Below, one piece after another: positions 39,401 to 54,400 of a DNA stretch of 64,000 nucleotides. Source of the DNA: Nageia nagi (lineage: Eukaryota; Plantae; Pinophyta). The notes below the pieces were generated by a model. That model worked only from the letters and a program-made list of their open reading frames with translations, had not been told where the DNA came from and searched no databases. Every line of letters begins with the position of its first letter. Positions within the stretch are counted from its first letter, which is position 1. A program made the position numbers and the translations under genes. The DNA is taken from the NCBI GenBank assembly GCA_050084985.1, contig JBITNC010000001.1, positions 186,992,001 to 187,056,000 of the forward strand, in the 5' to 3' direction.

Positions 39401-42400
39401 ACTCTTGGAGAAGCATCCTGGTATGCCTCAAGGATACAAAAGTGCTGAAAGGAAATAATCAGAATGGAGATTCATCCCAGGGTAAACATCTTAATAAGAA
39501 GAATGGAAATTCTGGTAAGACGAAAGAAGAGCAAGGATCTGTGTCTAGCTGCCTAGCAAACAGTTAGGTAATGACAAACAGCAGTAGCAAAACATGCACT
39601 GCAATTGCAATAAGCAAAAATCTAAAACAATAAGTGAAGTGATTACCATAATTCCTCTTCTCGCTCTGATGAAGAATGTGATCTCACAAAAATTTCTTTT
39701 TGCAGTATGATGGCTGGTCGTGGTATTAGATCTAGAAGCAAATGTTATGATGGCTCAGATCCAGCAGTCCAGAGCTGCAGATAAGGAGAATGAAATGTTC
39801 TTTTATTCCCGTTGTTGGGTTCAAGAAAAGCCCCTCCATTTCATAGTGGAGAATGGAAATCCGAAAAATCTAATAGTGGCAAGAGCGTCAAAAGATTGAA
39901 TCTGAGGATAGCCTCATATCCTCAACCCTATACAATGGATTGGTTGAAGCAAAGGAAATTAATCAAGATTTTGCTGCAGTACAAGATCCAATATGCAATC
40001 AAGCCCTTCAGGGATGAAATTCTGTGCAATGTAGAAACTATTTTGGTCTGTGATGTGCTCTTTGGAAATACCTAAATTAATGATAGGCATGGTATTTGGC
40101 AGTCTCAACCTCAAGCCATCAGCGTGACTATTGGAGGTATGCGCCATAGAGTGCCTAAGATTTTTCCTACTTCCAAGATATCTCTCATATCACTAAAGAA
40201 ATGAAAGAAGCTTATCAGTCATGCACAACAAGTCTGCCCAGTTTTCATTAGAGCGGAAGTTCCAGAAAAGATTACAGCATCTACACAGACTTTCTTCATC
40301 ACAAAGCTTCAATAGCAAAAGTAACCGGATTTACTCACTGATGAGTATGGAGATCAAATGAGATCAAAGAGGGGAACCTCATCTAATGTGATCTTTATTA
40401 AGGAGTTCCTGAAGTTGCTTCTTCATCTCTTCATTTTCAATACAAATCTACAGTAATTGGCACTGTTAGGAAGAGAATAACCAAGAATGAGATCAATAGG
40501 GTTTAAAAATAGTGTTGACATTCATAACCTGCAGTATGCTTTCATCTACAATGTGTGATTTATAACTGCCTTTGTATTTAGTTTTTCAACTGTGTAAAAA
40601 TCCAACTATCTACATGTAAGGTGATGACCATGTATATTTATTGCTTTTGCCAATATATGCCTATACATGTAACCGCTTGAGAATAATAAATCATGACGTT
40701 GCACATGTTGTACATAGATCCTCTGTGTTCACTCTGTCTTGGTTAGCTTCACATCATGTGCTGTTCATGTTAAGAACTCAGCCAAATAATACAGAAAAAC
40801 AACACTTACAGCAAACCCTAGATCCAACTCATACACAGAAAACACAGCAAAATTTTGATTATTTATTCCAACACAGAAAATGGACCTTAGGGTGCAAATC
40901 TTGACTGAAAAATAACCAAGGACAGATTTACACACCAACTGAAATACACCAGCAGCCCAGTATACTGGACGTCCCTTCTTATAGGCAAATTAGAACCTCC
41001 AAAACAGTAAAAGTAACTGCCTAGGGCTGACATCACCTCCAAGGCTGATGTATCTCACAGAACTGACAGCAAAATGATTTTTAGGGCTCTCCAAACCCTC
41101 AGAACACAAACAGAAATTAGTCCAGCAGTAGGAATGGCTGGCTATGGCATCTTCCAAGCTGATTTTATCTCCAACATGCAAAATATACCCTTCTAGGGCA
41201 AAACACATGCCTATACACCAAACTAACCATACCGAGCCATACTAACATTTAGACTTAGCAAATCTTGTAAAAACACACCAAACTCCTCTCAAGGGTGGAC
41301 ATCCCTCTCATAGAGGCTCATAAAGACACAAAAATATGAAAAACATATTATTTATAAAGCTCGAAAATTTGGGGACATTACAGTTCGCCATATCTCCTAG
41401 GTTCATATTCAGTTGTATTATGAATTATCCGCAAAGGAATCATCTCGCAAGGCATAGGAATATAATATTACAGAATGGATTTTATGTTCCTGTATGGTTG
41501 ATATTGTGATGTTGTAAGGGTAATGTGATATACCTCACGGGCCTGACATTGAAAGCTGTATAATGTTACGTGCTATATTATTTTTAAGTTGCGTCACTTA
41601 ACAATGCCTGACAGCAAACATTCTAGATGAATTTTAGTTACCTTTTTAAAGAAGCACGTCTATTCATGCTAAATATCATTTATTATTAACAGTTACCAAA
41701 TACACATTTCCTGAGGCCCATATATTTGTATCCACACAATACAGCCTATACACCATATACAAATGTATCCAAAGGTGTATTCATATCCAGAACGTATCAA
41801 ATACACGTGGATATTATCCAAGTGTCTAAAGCAGTATCAACAACATGAAATTAGAAAATAAGACTAAAGGAAGATCATTTTTTATTAACATTTAAATTAG
41901 AAATAATGTAAAATAATAAATACAAACTAAGAAAAGTCAATTAGTCCACAAACAAAATGGTGTCTTTACAACCTTTGCAAAATTTTGTTGAATGTTCTTT
42001 CAAATATACATACCTGGTACCATATGTGCTTTTTATTAATAGAGTCTCCACATGTATCCTTATAAAGGAGTTTTAAAAATATGTTGTGTTTGAAGCCAAT
42101 ACCATATGCTTTTCCGTACAACGCTTATCACTTGTCCATCATTTTATCGCTAATCAAAGCTCTTACCCTATGAGGCTCCCATATATTTTGTGTTAAAAGT
42201 CCACTAGTTTTCACAGCAACATTGGCATTTCATTTTTAATTAAATGCTTCTTTTATTTCAATAGTTGGTTATGATAATTAGATCAAATATTATTTTGCAT
42301 CTAGACTTACTCCTAATGCTCAAGTGGCATCAAAGCATTAGATGGACTCATTCCTGACATGTTAGAAAGCTTCACTAGCCCAAGCGAAATTTCACTTATT

Positions 42401-45400
42401 TTGTGACATGGTGTCATCTGACCGATGTGGCTATTAGCAAAAGGTGCCAATGGGATTCACTTGAATTTTTCAACCTGATCCAGCAAAAAGTTCAAGCTCT
42501 TGGTGCAAAAGGTGTTTTGGAGAATTCATGAGAAATTCTAAAACCTTTTGTCTTTTTGGGTTCCTTGTGAAATTTTAGTGTGGGCCACAATTCAGCACTT
42601 TTGTCTCATTCTGCCATTTTATGTGATGATCTTGCTTGTCAAATTTGGCCAACATGTTTTATATTTGTGCTCAAATTTGAAATTTTTGACTTCAAAATTC
42701 ACGTGGTGCTAAATTGCTCCCATCACTGGCATCATTGATGCATATATTTTGTGCAATGTGTTGACAGCATGTGAAAATGCAGACTTATCCCCTCTGTTGA
42801 ATTGTGAGGAATGTTATGGTTGTCATGGCAACATAAAATGTCAATGACTAGACAAATGGATGATAATTTTGTGGTGTAGGTGACCATGGAAAGCCTCTTG
42901 CTGTTGGTTTATTGATGGAGATAATTGAGTATCATTTTCTTAAACATGAGTGGAATCTCTCGAGTCTTTACAACCAAGTTGTAGATCATGGAGACTTCTA
43001 GGAAATGTTCATGTCCACTTTGGAGAACATGTAGCCTTGCGGATCAAGGTCTTCATCACACTATAGTGACATGTGGCAGAGAGATATTGCATGCAGATGT
43101 GGCACATTTTCTTTTAACCCTAGCAGAAGTGTCATTTGTACTGTTGCAGGCCAAGTATACCATATTGCAAGAAAATAATGCTAATATTCCTCCATCACTT
43201 GCAGTGTTGTTTTGTCCCCCATCCAATCATATGTGGGGAAGTCGGATTATAGTATTGTGTATTGGAATCTATGCTTAGGTTGGATTGACACCATTTTCAT
43301 CTATGGGTCATGCAGCCTTATATCATGGGCCCAACATTGAAAGTTGTGCAATATCATCTATTAATTATTATATTCCTTGTAGCATACATTACTTAAAAAT
43401 GAACAATACCAAACCTTCCTGATAATTGAGCTTCTGAATACCTATTTAAAGAAGCACTCCCATTCATGCTAGACATCAGTTATCATCTGTGTATCTTTCC
43501 AATAGTAATCAAAAATTATCCTGCAGGACTCCCAGTTCTTGTGTTCGAGATGCATAACAATATTGACATTTCACTTGTAGTTTGATGCTTGTTTGAAACC
43601 TGTTACAAAGGTCTTTTACTTTAACATTAAGGCAATAAAAGACCAGACAATAAAAGCAAATGCATTAAAGACTATCCGAAAGATATCCATCTCGAAGCGC
43701 CATTTGTTATATTGAAGTTAACAACCTTAGGATAGATGCAAAGTTACATAAGTATTGGGTACAGGGGTACGTGGGTACAGGGAAATGCATTTTTGGGAAC
43801 GGTATGGGATGGGGACCCGATTTTGGGGGATGGCAAGTATGTTACTGGTAAAAATTCCAGAAATATTCTTCAAACAAATATTAAATTTGTGTTGAACAAA
43901 ATATGAAACAAATAAATATTCTGAAAATGTTTATTTACTTGAAGCTGACAAAGCTGCACGTGGGAATACTCTTTTTGGCGTCAAATATTTCCCCACTATT
44001 TATTTTTGTTTTTGTTGTAGTATTTATTATGCTAGTGAAAATGATGTATTCCCATTTATGTTGAATTTCGGTCTACTTATGGGTCTTCTTAAGCAACAGG
44101 AATTTAATATAATGATTCACTTTTTGCCTGCGCAAGCATTCATTTTATTTTGAAATCTGAAATTGACACAAAGTGAGAATTTGAACATCCCCATTTTCAG
44201 ATCATAAATATGCAAACAGAAGAAGGGGCAAACACATAACAAGAGAGATACTTCATAGTTCATGGCCAAAACTGGATGCCGTACATTTTTCATTATAATA
44301 ATATCCACAGTACAATATTTATAATAATAGGCACAGAGAGTAAAATGTTAAAGTGAATGTACAAGATGGTAAATGATTAAGTCATGAAGGACGCTTTACT
44401 ACACGCATAGAGTATGAAGACAATTGTACAATATAGAGTCTATCACTTGGACTGTGACTTGTCACTGTTAACCAGGAAAGATGTCTTGGAAGGCTATACG
44501 TTAGAGGAAAGCTTACAGAATGAAATATTTTCTTTCTAGTGTACAAGAATTTAATTTCAGTCAAATTCAGAAATGAGTTATGTTTGTTCTAGACCAGAAG
44601 TCGAATTTGACACTTACAATGAAGAATCAAATTTGTTGTCATTCATGGTGAACAATCATTTGTGTTTGTCTGAAAACGATAAAGCCTAAAACTCATGTCT
44701 TTTATGCATTGACCTCTTGGTAGAGAATTTTAACAGAACTACACTGCAATAAATGATGAACTCAAACAAGTTTGTACGGTTAATATTTGCATATTTTTCC
44801 ATTATTTCTTTTTCCATTAGAGGACAGCTGGCCATCCCCTTGATGTCCCCCTTTTGAGGGACATACCAGTGACGGCCCTCAACTAGCCTTGGACATCCCG
44901 AGGATGGCCCCTTGCATTCCCCAAAGAGGGGGACAGCGAGGAAATGTCCCCAATAGTGTCCTGTTGTCCATAGGTTGGAGACATGTCCCCAAGGTGAGAG
45001 GGGGATGTGCCCCCGTGTATCCTTGTTTTATTTAGATGTTTACAAGACTTTTTGAAGAAACTCTAATTGAAATTTACTTGAAAGAAAATATTGAAGACAT
45101 CATGTACACCGTTTTGTTTAATAATTATTGTAATTTGATGTTGTAGTGATGTATCATATCACAAGCATCCATTTACATTATTTTTCATCTATTTTTATAT
45201 TCATATAGCGGATAATGAATGTCAAATGTTTGCCATTCAATATATTCATGTATTTAACCTGATGTATAAACATAAGTGCTAGGAGCTTCTTTCCTCTGAC
45301 TTGATAGGAGTATTTTGATGTGTTCAACAATTGCCTTGCAACTACCTCACCAAGGGTACACTCAGAACGCTAACATGTAAGGCATATCATTTGATGGTCA

Positions 45401-48400
45401 ATAACATGATGTCAAATTATAGAAGAATTTGCTTCTGCTTTTCTTCTCAACTCCATTATAAACACGTCAGTGTTATGTCCGTTTACTTTTAGGGTTTTTG
45501 CAACAGATCATTTTGGTTTTGGGAGGAAGTGCTATTAGGAATCCAAATGTTATTATAAGTTATTCATATATAATAGTACCATTAGCATATTTTGGTCATT
45601 TTAGGATGTTAACATCATATTTTCTTTACAAAACTGCTAAAAGCATTTCTTATACATTTACTCCAAATTTTATCATATGAAATTTTTTCCGAAGTATTTA
45701 TTTTGCCATAATGTTAGTAAGTACTTCAAGATTAGCTACTATATGAAAGCATAACTGCAATGTTTATTGAAACCATGAATATTTGTAACATTTTAAGCTC
45801 TTTTTTAGACTTCACAGTCTAAATTCAGATATAATCCCATTTACCTGTCCGCATGTCAAAGGAAGCCACATCACCAGATCCTGTTCCTACATAGACTGTA
45901 TAGCCATCAAGATCTTCTTCAACAACTTTAATTGGATGCTCTCCAAAATTAAAAGAAAGGGTAGGCCTTCTCTGTGTTGCAATATCATAGAGGCGCACCT
46001 GTCAATACAGCATGCATTTTTCAAATAAAATTAGGTTGATGTCTGTACAGGAGGATACACATCAAAACTATTTTGGCTCTATTGAGTAGATAATTGGCAT
46101 ATCTTAAGGTCATGCATACCGTAAGGAGTGAAAATATCAGCTTATGTCTCGTAAATTATCATGACATTGATCGATAATAAGATTTATAGCATTACAGCAG
46201 AAAATGATTAAAAATGTCAAGGTTGCACAACTATGCCTCAAATTTAACATATAGTGGCTGAAGCCTCTATATTTGTACTGTGGATGATATTGAGGTGTGG
46301 TCAATAAGGAAAAAGAATGGTTGTAAAATACACGAAGTGTAAAAAGTGCCAACACAAAAACTAAATTTATATTTTGGAATAACACACTCCTAGTTTTTCA
46401 TCACATCTTTATCCATATACTGAATATCTAGTTATGAATGTCAAGAACCAAAGATCCATGTTTAATAACTAGAAAACATGTATTTGTAATTTTGTAGATT
46501 GTTGCTTCATTGCTTCCAGCTCTAATCATAATTTTAACTTGAAAGAGCATCTAATCAACAATGCCACACTAATATCAAGAGATAAGAAGCAACCATACCT
46601 CATGTTGGGAAGTCCCAACAACAATCTTTCTATGGTCTTCTTTACTTAAAAAGGTTGCTGAACTGATCCATGTTGGAGTAAATAGATCAAAAGTGTTTCG
46701 TCGAGGCTTTGCAAAAACAAACCAACAATGGTCATTGGCTGCATTCACTAATTCATTTTTTAGCACATATAGATTTACAATTGCACGCATACAGTTCAGG
46801 AAATTTGCCATAAGGAAATAGCTAGAGGATGCATGTCAAACCAAAAAAAATAGTATACCGCTTTTGCAGTCCATAACTGGATCCCCTTTTCCAGATCCCA
46901 TGCGTTTAATTCAACACCTTTGCTGAAGTCCCAAGCATTGAAGACGAACAATACAATCAAATACATGAGGAGAAAAAGAACTCGCCATAATCAAATGGAT
47001 ATAATCAGTTTGCTTTGCATTTGAATTCAGGTCAAAATGTGCAGAAGAAACAGTAAAGCAGTATTTTCAAGTAATATTTAAAAAATATTTTGCTTCAACA
47101 AACCATTCACTTCTATGCTTAAACAAGGAATACAAAACTTACCCGCCAAAGGCAGCATATCTCTCACTACCATCAACTTGACAACATAATACACTTCCAG
47201 ATCCACATACTTTCCATTCATGTGGAGAATCAAGTGACACGGAATTTGTTTCTACGCATTCCACTTCCAAGGATCTAATTATAATGTTTCCTTTCTCAGT
47301 GCATGCAAGAAATTTGTTTAATCTGCACCATTATAATTGATGTGAAAGATATAACAGTCCATCGCACTTAAAAGCATATGACATGCAACAGTGAATTTCC
47401 AAAGAAAATGCCAATATGCTCAAAACAAAGATTAAGACATGAATAGTTAATATCTCAAGTTAATATCTCTCAATCTTAAAATACCAAATGTAAGAAGCAA
47501 ATCATTAAATGATATATAACTGTGCCTACAGATTGGAAATATCAAATACAATAACTGTTGACAAAAAAATATTAGAGTCTTAAAGCAAAGGTCAAGAACT
47601 AGCAAGTTACATACAATATTATGCTTTTCAAAACTGAAACAACTTCAAAGTTAGAATGTCCTTTCTGCTGAAGCATTCAGTTGTTCAGTGAAATGGAGCT
47701 AGTCATTTACATGTTGAAGTTCATTAGTTAGCTTTAGTCTTTGCTTTAATAACTCAAAGGCGATTCAATGCAACTAATAGTCTATACTTTGTAGTTGTAC
47801 AACATCGTAGGTATCTCAACAAGAAAAACTAACAGCTTCTCTATCAGCTAACAAGAAATATAGGTCCCGTTGAGACTATGTTATCACCAAACTCTGAATG
47901 TTCAAATAACTGTTGCACAACTTTGGTCTAAAATTGAAAACTGGTCAAAACTGCAAGAAAATGCAAATCTAAAAACTGCAACAAATTGGAAAAAAAACAC
48001 ATGCAACCCTATTGAAGAGACCCTGTAATGTATAGCCTAAAAACAAACTAAAATCTAATTCATAGAGACCCTATGATGTAGAGAGCCTAATCTAACATAA
48101 AAATTACTTTTCTGGATATTTGGTAGAGAAATTTGAAAATGAAACACCAGACAACAAAATAGTTTTGGATTTTAAATAAATGGCAAAGAAAAAGCCATGA
48201 TAAATCATTTAGACGTATAAGTTTACAGCAAAAAAAAATATCCTGCTTAGATAAGGTTAAGAACACACCGAAGAGTCTTTTGGAGGAATTGGCTAGATAT
48301 AGCTTTCATGATTTGTGCACAATCATTTTTCCTTTAAAAGTTAATAAAACATACAATCTAGCCTCCCACTTATAGCTTCTTTTCTGTTTTGGCTTGTCAC

Positions 48401-51400
48401 GTTATGCATGTAGGATGATTACTATATATAATCGAAAAATATAAACTGACACGAAGAAAGGCAAACCTAACTAACAAAATGGTCCACAAAAATGTGTTCC
48501 CCCTAAAGGAGGCATTCCTCGGTTTTGGGAATGTGAGAACACCCTTGTGAACATCTCCCTACCATTCCCATTTTGGAGAATGGTAGGCAGATGTTTTCAG
48601 GAGGGGGGAGCCATTCCTAGACATCACCCTTGTTGGGAACGTCTAGTCATTCCCGAGAGTAGCTAGTCGTTCCTCAACCGCTCCCAGGAATGGCCAGGTG
48701 TTCCTTATGAAACTGAGTGTCCAGCCCTCAAAAACAAAATTGAAAACTCACTTAATTTTTAAAAAATTTGCCCAAAAAAAGAATAGGAGTGGGTCTCAAA
48801 AATGTCCCCACCCCACACCCCCCGAAACCCTAATTGCAAGTCAAAAACATAATCACATTTCTTATTTTGAGCAGTGAGAAGAAAAAACAAAAACTAGCAA
48901 AGAGGAGGAGAAAGATTGCCCAAGGGTACTTACTATTTCTTATTTCCTCGTTTACTAAAAAAATTCCAAAATGAGTGAGAGTAAAGGTTTTGAGTCAAAA
49001 AGTGAAATGGGGGAGAAAATCAAAATTTCCAACGAAAATAAACACAAACTTCTAGAGGGGGCAGAAGTACCTTCGTTTTTGAGTGTCCATCCCTATTGTT
49101 AAAACCATTTGCTCAAGAGGACCATATAATCCCAAAAACCTTTGCTTCAATTTGCTACAAACAAATACTTGGGAAAAAAAATTCTAGGGGAGGGAGAACT
49201 TGGGGATGTCATTTTTGTGCCACTAAATTTAGAGGTAGTTATACCAAGGTTGAGTCACATCTCACAGACAAACCAAGGGCAAAGATGAGAGTGTGCAAAA
49301 ACATGAATAGATTCTAGTTTGCAAAAGCCAATAGGCTCGTGCAAGAGGCCACACTTAGAGCATCAGGAATTCCTACATTTGGTCGAGCTTCTATTGTTGC
49401 CCATGCATCATCATCCTCAACTCAACCACCTCTTGCTTCTTCTTCTAGTTTTCCAAGTCCTACATTGCCCCCTCAAGAAAAAGAGAAAACATAGTTGATG
49501 CACTAAACCTACAAGCAAAAGATGCGGTTGATGATTTCATATCAATGTTTTTTGCTTGCAAGGTTAGTGCATCAACTATGTTGAAAACCCAAAAATAAAT
49601 GAAGTTTCATTTTGTAGTTTTAATTTTGAATTTTTGATTGTTGATTGTTCATGTAGTTTTTAACATTTTTTTTAATTCTTGTAGGTACCTTGTATCTTTC
49701 CTTGCCCCAGTAATCGATGTAATAAGGTATGGTGATACAGATTCTCCTAATTTATGAGAAATATATGAAACTTTTGACAACATGCTTTACGAAATGAAAA
49801 AGATAATTTGTGCTAAGGATCCTTCATTTTATGAAGACCAAATTAAACCTATTATATTGAAGAGGTAACAATAACAAATGTTGATTGTTGATTGTAGTTT
49901 CAATTTGGATTATTTATAATTCAATGGTTCATGTAGTTTAAGTATTTTAATTTTATTTTTTTTATTTTTGGTAAGTGGAATAAGATGAATACCCCTATAC
50001 ATATGGCTGCCTATGCATTGAATCCAAAGTGGCACCCAAGGTTGGGAAAAAGGCACCTAATGATGATCGAGAGGTGAAAGATGAGTTCAAGGAATTCCTT
50101 CAAAAGTTGTATACATCGGAGGAGAGTGTCATAATTAGAATAGAGTTTATAAGATTTGTGAGACTTAGGGGTTCTCATTTTAGCACACCAGAGTGCAAAG
50201 AGGATAGGGCTACCATTGCCCAAAGTGATTTCATTGGATGGTGGAATCTATATAGAGATGGTGCTCCAAACTTGAAGCAATTTTTAATTAGGCTCCTTTC
50301 TCAAGTTGGTAGATGAAGATCCCATTGGCATAAAGTATTTGAAATTCAAATGATTGTTTCTAATTCTCACATAATTAAGTTGTATAGTAAAATATAACAA
50401 AATAGTTTTGTAAGTTGGTAGTTCATCTGTTGCAGAGAGGAACTAGTCCACCTGTGGCTTCACCCACAGCTTGCGGAGGAACATGCTTACCCCTCGCAGA
50501 ACAAAGAAGCTAGTTGCAATGTATAGCTCTCTTCGCCTTTGTGAGAGAGTTGGGCCAAAGCATAGAATAAAAAAATGTTGTTTAAATGTAAAAAACACCA
50601 TTTTTGCTATTTTTTGAAAAAAATCGTATTTTCCCTAAAAAAAAGGCCAAAAACACCATTTTTTTCTTAGCAAAAAATGGTTGTTTAAACAGACAAAAAA
50701 CGTTGAAAACGAGTTGAAAACATGGTTGTATTTGTCGTACTTATCGTACTTGCCATATTTGGCGTTTAAACAACCAAAAAACACAAAAAAATGCATAAAA
50801 ACCCACGGTACTTGTCGTATTTTACATTTTTTCCCCTTTTTTTGTCCTTTTTTCCCCAAATTTGGCAATTTTTTTGTCATGAACTTTTTCCTTTTTTTTG
50901 CATTTTTCTGTATTCACGAATTTTAAAACCCGCGAATTTTTGTCATATTCACCGTACTTTGACCTTTTTTGCCGTTTTTACATTTTTGGTCCCGAACCGT
51001 ATTTTCAAAAAACCGTTTTTTTTATTCTATAGGCCAGAGTACAAGGCTAGCCCAACTACATGATGGGATGATGCTAGTATTGAGGTTCATGATGATGTGG
51101 AGCAGTTGGTATAATTGCCATTGGAGGGTCTTCAGTTGGATGATGACGGCAACTCATAAGATAGCTTAGCAAAGGAACAACAGGATAATATTGATTATAA
51201 TTAAGATATACTAGCATATGAGCCCATAGTGCCAAAATTATGATTTTGGCATTTTGCTATTTGACATATTTATGTCAAAATCTACTCTATGTATTTAGTT
51301 TTACTTCTATGATTTCAGTATTACTATATTTCTGATTTCATATCTATCATTATGTACTAGATTGATTCAAACTTAATGACATTATTTCTTATGATCATTG

Positions 51401-54400
51401 ATTATGGTTCATTTTGATATTCTAATTCATACTTGATTTCTAATTTCAGTTCCAAATTTTGTATACATAATTGAATTACTTATAATAATTAATTTGAAAC
51501 AATGAATCAAAAAGTTCCAGGATTTTTACTAGTATTGTACTTGTCCTTCCCCTACCATTTTCAAGGTGTTCCCTAAAAATGACCTCCCCCATTCTCGGGG
51601 CCTTGTGGAACCTTGAACTAACAAAAAGGCTGTTAGGATGGGGATTCAATATGCTCCAATAATGTATGTAAAACAATTATTTTTTACATTTAAATATTGT
51701 CAATTAGTAGAGATATAATCTGACTACAAAAAAAAGGCACAAGTGACTATTATAAAATTATAAACACTATTGACTAACAAAACCATGTTTGTTAATAGAA
51801 AACATGAACTTCAATTGCTTATTAGATTTTGTGACTTTTCAATTGTTTATTTCAGTAATTGAAATATCACAATTCTCGCATGAACTTCAAGGACGCCTAA
51901 AAGGTCTAACTACATCATTCTAAATAAACAATAAACTTTTTTCCAAAGAGGCATGAGTCATGATTGTTATTAAGCATTGACCAAGTAAGTAAGAAAATCA
52001 GCATTGTACATACTATGTATCTCCCTTTAAAAGGTAGCAAAGTCAGATAGCAACTCAATGTCTCTACTCCAACAAAGCCTGGAGCTTCATATGTCTTCTC
52101 AATGGTTGGGAGCTTCACATATCTAATCAGAGATTACTGCAACTACATTTCTTCCCGGAGATTATTGGCATTATAATAATCTTTGTATTTGTAAAGTGTA
52201 CATTATGTACAGTTACTTTGTTATTCTCATGTGGTTTCTTCATTATGTCCATAAAAGGCCTGATTCTAGAACACATTGAACTGAATGATCTGAGTATGCA
52301 TTCCTTTGTACGTTCTTTTTCTTTCTTGTATGGTTTTATAGAATTAATCTGACAAGGATTTTCGTTTAATTGTCAAAGGTTGAAATGCCTTCTGTAGATC
52401 AATGATATTAGTGTTAATCCACAAGAATTTTACTGTCAAAGTCAGTAATGCTTTGCATAGATCAATCACATAAGAGCATTAATCCCACAAGGATTTTATT
52501 ATCAAAGAAGGATGTTGACAACTAAATTTGTTCCCCCTAAGGTGGCCCCACTTAGGTGTTATATTATAATCATCTTATATCATGTTATTAAGTCATTTAT
52601 ATGATTATATGTTATATTGGCCCATTATGGAATATAACTCATGTGGTGTCTTTCTATTCTTGTAGGTACCCTAGTGTTGGTGCTAGCCTCAAGGCGCTCT
52701 ATGGAGGAGTACACTTGCCTATAAGAGGGGGAAGACCTCACATGGATTTATTATCAGATCTCTTCTTGATATGCCCATGAGTATTATCTTCCAAGGTGTT
52801 CTTCAACACCATCTATGGGGATAGAGATTTGATTATCACATGAGCACTGCCATTCTTCATTTCACTATTATATGCTAGATTAGGCTTGTCGTTTATCATA
52901 TTGTTGTTTAGGTCTTGGTTGCGGACTCTACTGATCGAACGCTCCGTGTCCGCGCTACTATTTGTGAACTCAGCATCCGCGTTCCTGTGTGTGCCCGCAC
53001 TAGTGTTCTTGTCTCTTGTTAGTGTGGAGTTCGTATCTCTTCAACATCTAGGTAAGGTGACTGGTATTTATCATTCTCAAATCTCCTATTCCCTTTGGTT
53101 TATTTGGCATTAGGTCTGATCCAATGATTTGAATACTTCATTTGTACACTATCTCATTATTCAAATATTTCAGATTATTGTATTTCCTGTTATTTGTCTG
53201 CGTATTATTGCATATCATCAAATGTGAATGTTTGCCATAGTTTCTACTTAGGTTATCCAAGGCGTCACTAAAAACATTCAACAAAGGAAATGCCTTGTGT
53301 TGTCCCACAAGTACCCTCTAGCTGGTCCATCCTGGTGAATGTTTTCATGGTCCATCCTAGTGCTTGTTCCCATATGATATTAACATTAAATGATGCACTT
53401 TTGTTATGCTCGCATATACCTACGCTTATACACTCAGTATCCATGCACTAGCATCGAAGTTATGCTAAAATTCAATCTGCAGCATAAACATCGAACTCAA
53501 TTTGGATATGTGCAGGGTTCTAGTAGGTGTGTGGAGTAATAACAGGAAACAAATGGATACTTCCAGTAAGTGGTAGGGATAAGCCCAATGCCTTTTTGAA
53601 GCATAAAACCCATCATTAGTGTACTCTTGTCAACACTTGTTACATTGGGCTTGGAAGTGCTAAGTACAATCCTTTAGTGCCTGTAGGATCATGGCAACAT
53701 ACTTGAGCCACACAGGATGCACCAATTGTTACGGGTGGCAAGGAACACAAATTACAGTGACCTTCGAGTGAATTATCCTTGGAAGGTTTGTGAAGGCCAT
53801 AATTATTTCCCTTATAGGGTACATTTGATATACATTAATTAAAATGTTGCATTGCATATTTGAAGCTTGCATTATGTGTTGTTTGTGCATGCTTAGCTCT
53901 TCTACATCTAGAGTCTGTTTTTCAAGTTAAAAGTTGGTATTTGAACCAAAAAGCATCAATATCTTACACAAAAATAGAACACCATACTCACAAAAAGAAC
54001 AAAAGATGGTGAATTTGATCAAGAAATCTCATGACCCATTGCATGTGCTTATATGAGCGAGAAAAAGAATATGAAACTCCAGAAAGAATCCTATCACTAT
54101 TTATCTCCAAGTCCCTCAAACTTGCAAACGGAACACCTCTACCCATAGGGTCATAGGATACTTGATTGATTAAGATACCAAACATACTGCTGCTTCCATG
54201 AGAAGATTCGTGTTAAAATTACATATCTTCAAAACAAAAGTTTACAATTGAAAAAAGTGCACCACAAAATAACGGCCGGATTGGCTTTGCTTGGCAAGAA
54301 TCTTCCTCACACAACTAGACCAAAATATAAATATATTAAAACGATTTTCCTAACAAGCTTAATATCAAGAATGCACTGTCTACGCCTTACACATGCCTAT

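Noticed and set aside
48268-48291. Possible extra 24-nt WDR74 micro-exon (TAG|CCAATTCCTCCAAAAGACTCTTCG|GTGTGT) in intron 4
   Set aside because: Frame-compatible, but it has a weak pyrimidine tract, no recognisable conservation, and exons 4 and 5 already join in phase.
50635-51169. Overlapping Phe/Lys-rich ORFs
   Set aside because: By-products of the low-complexity A/T-run MITE.
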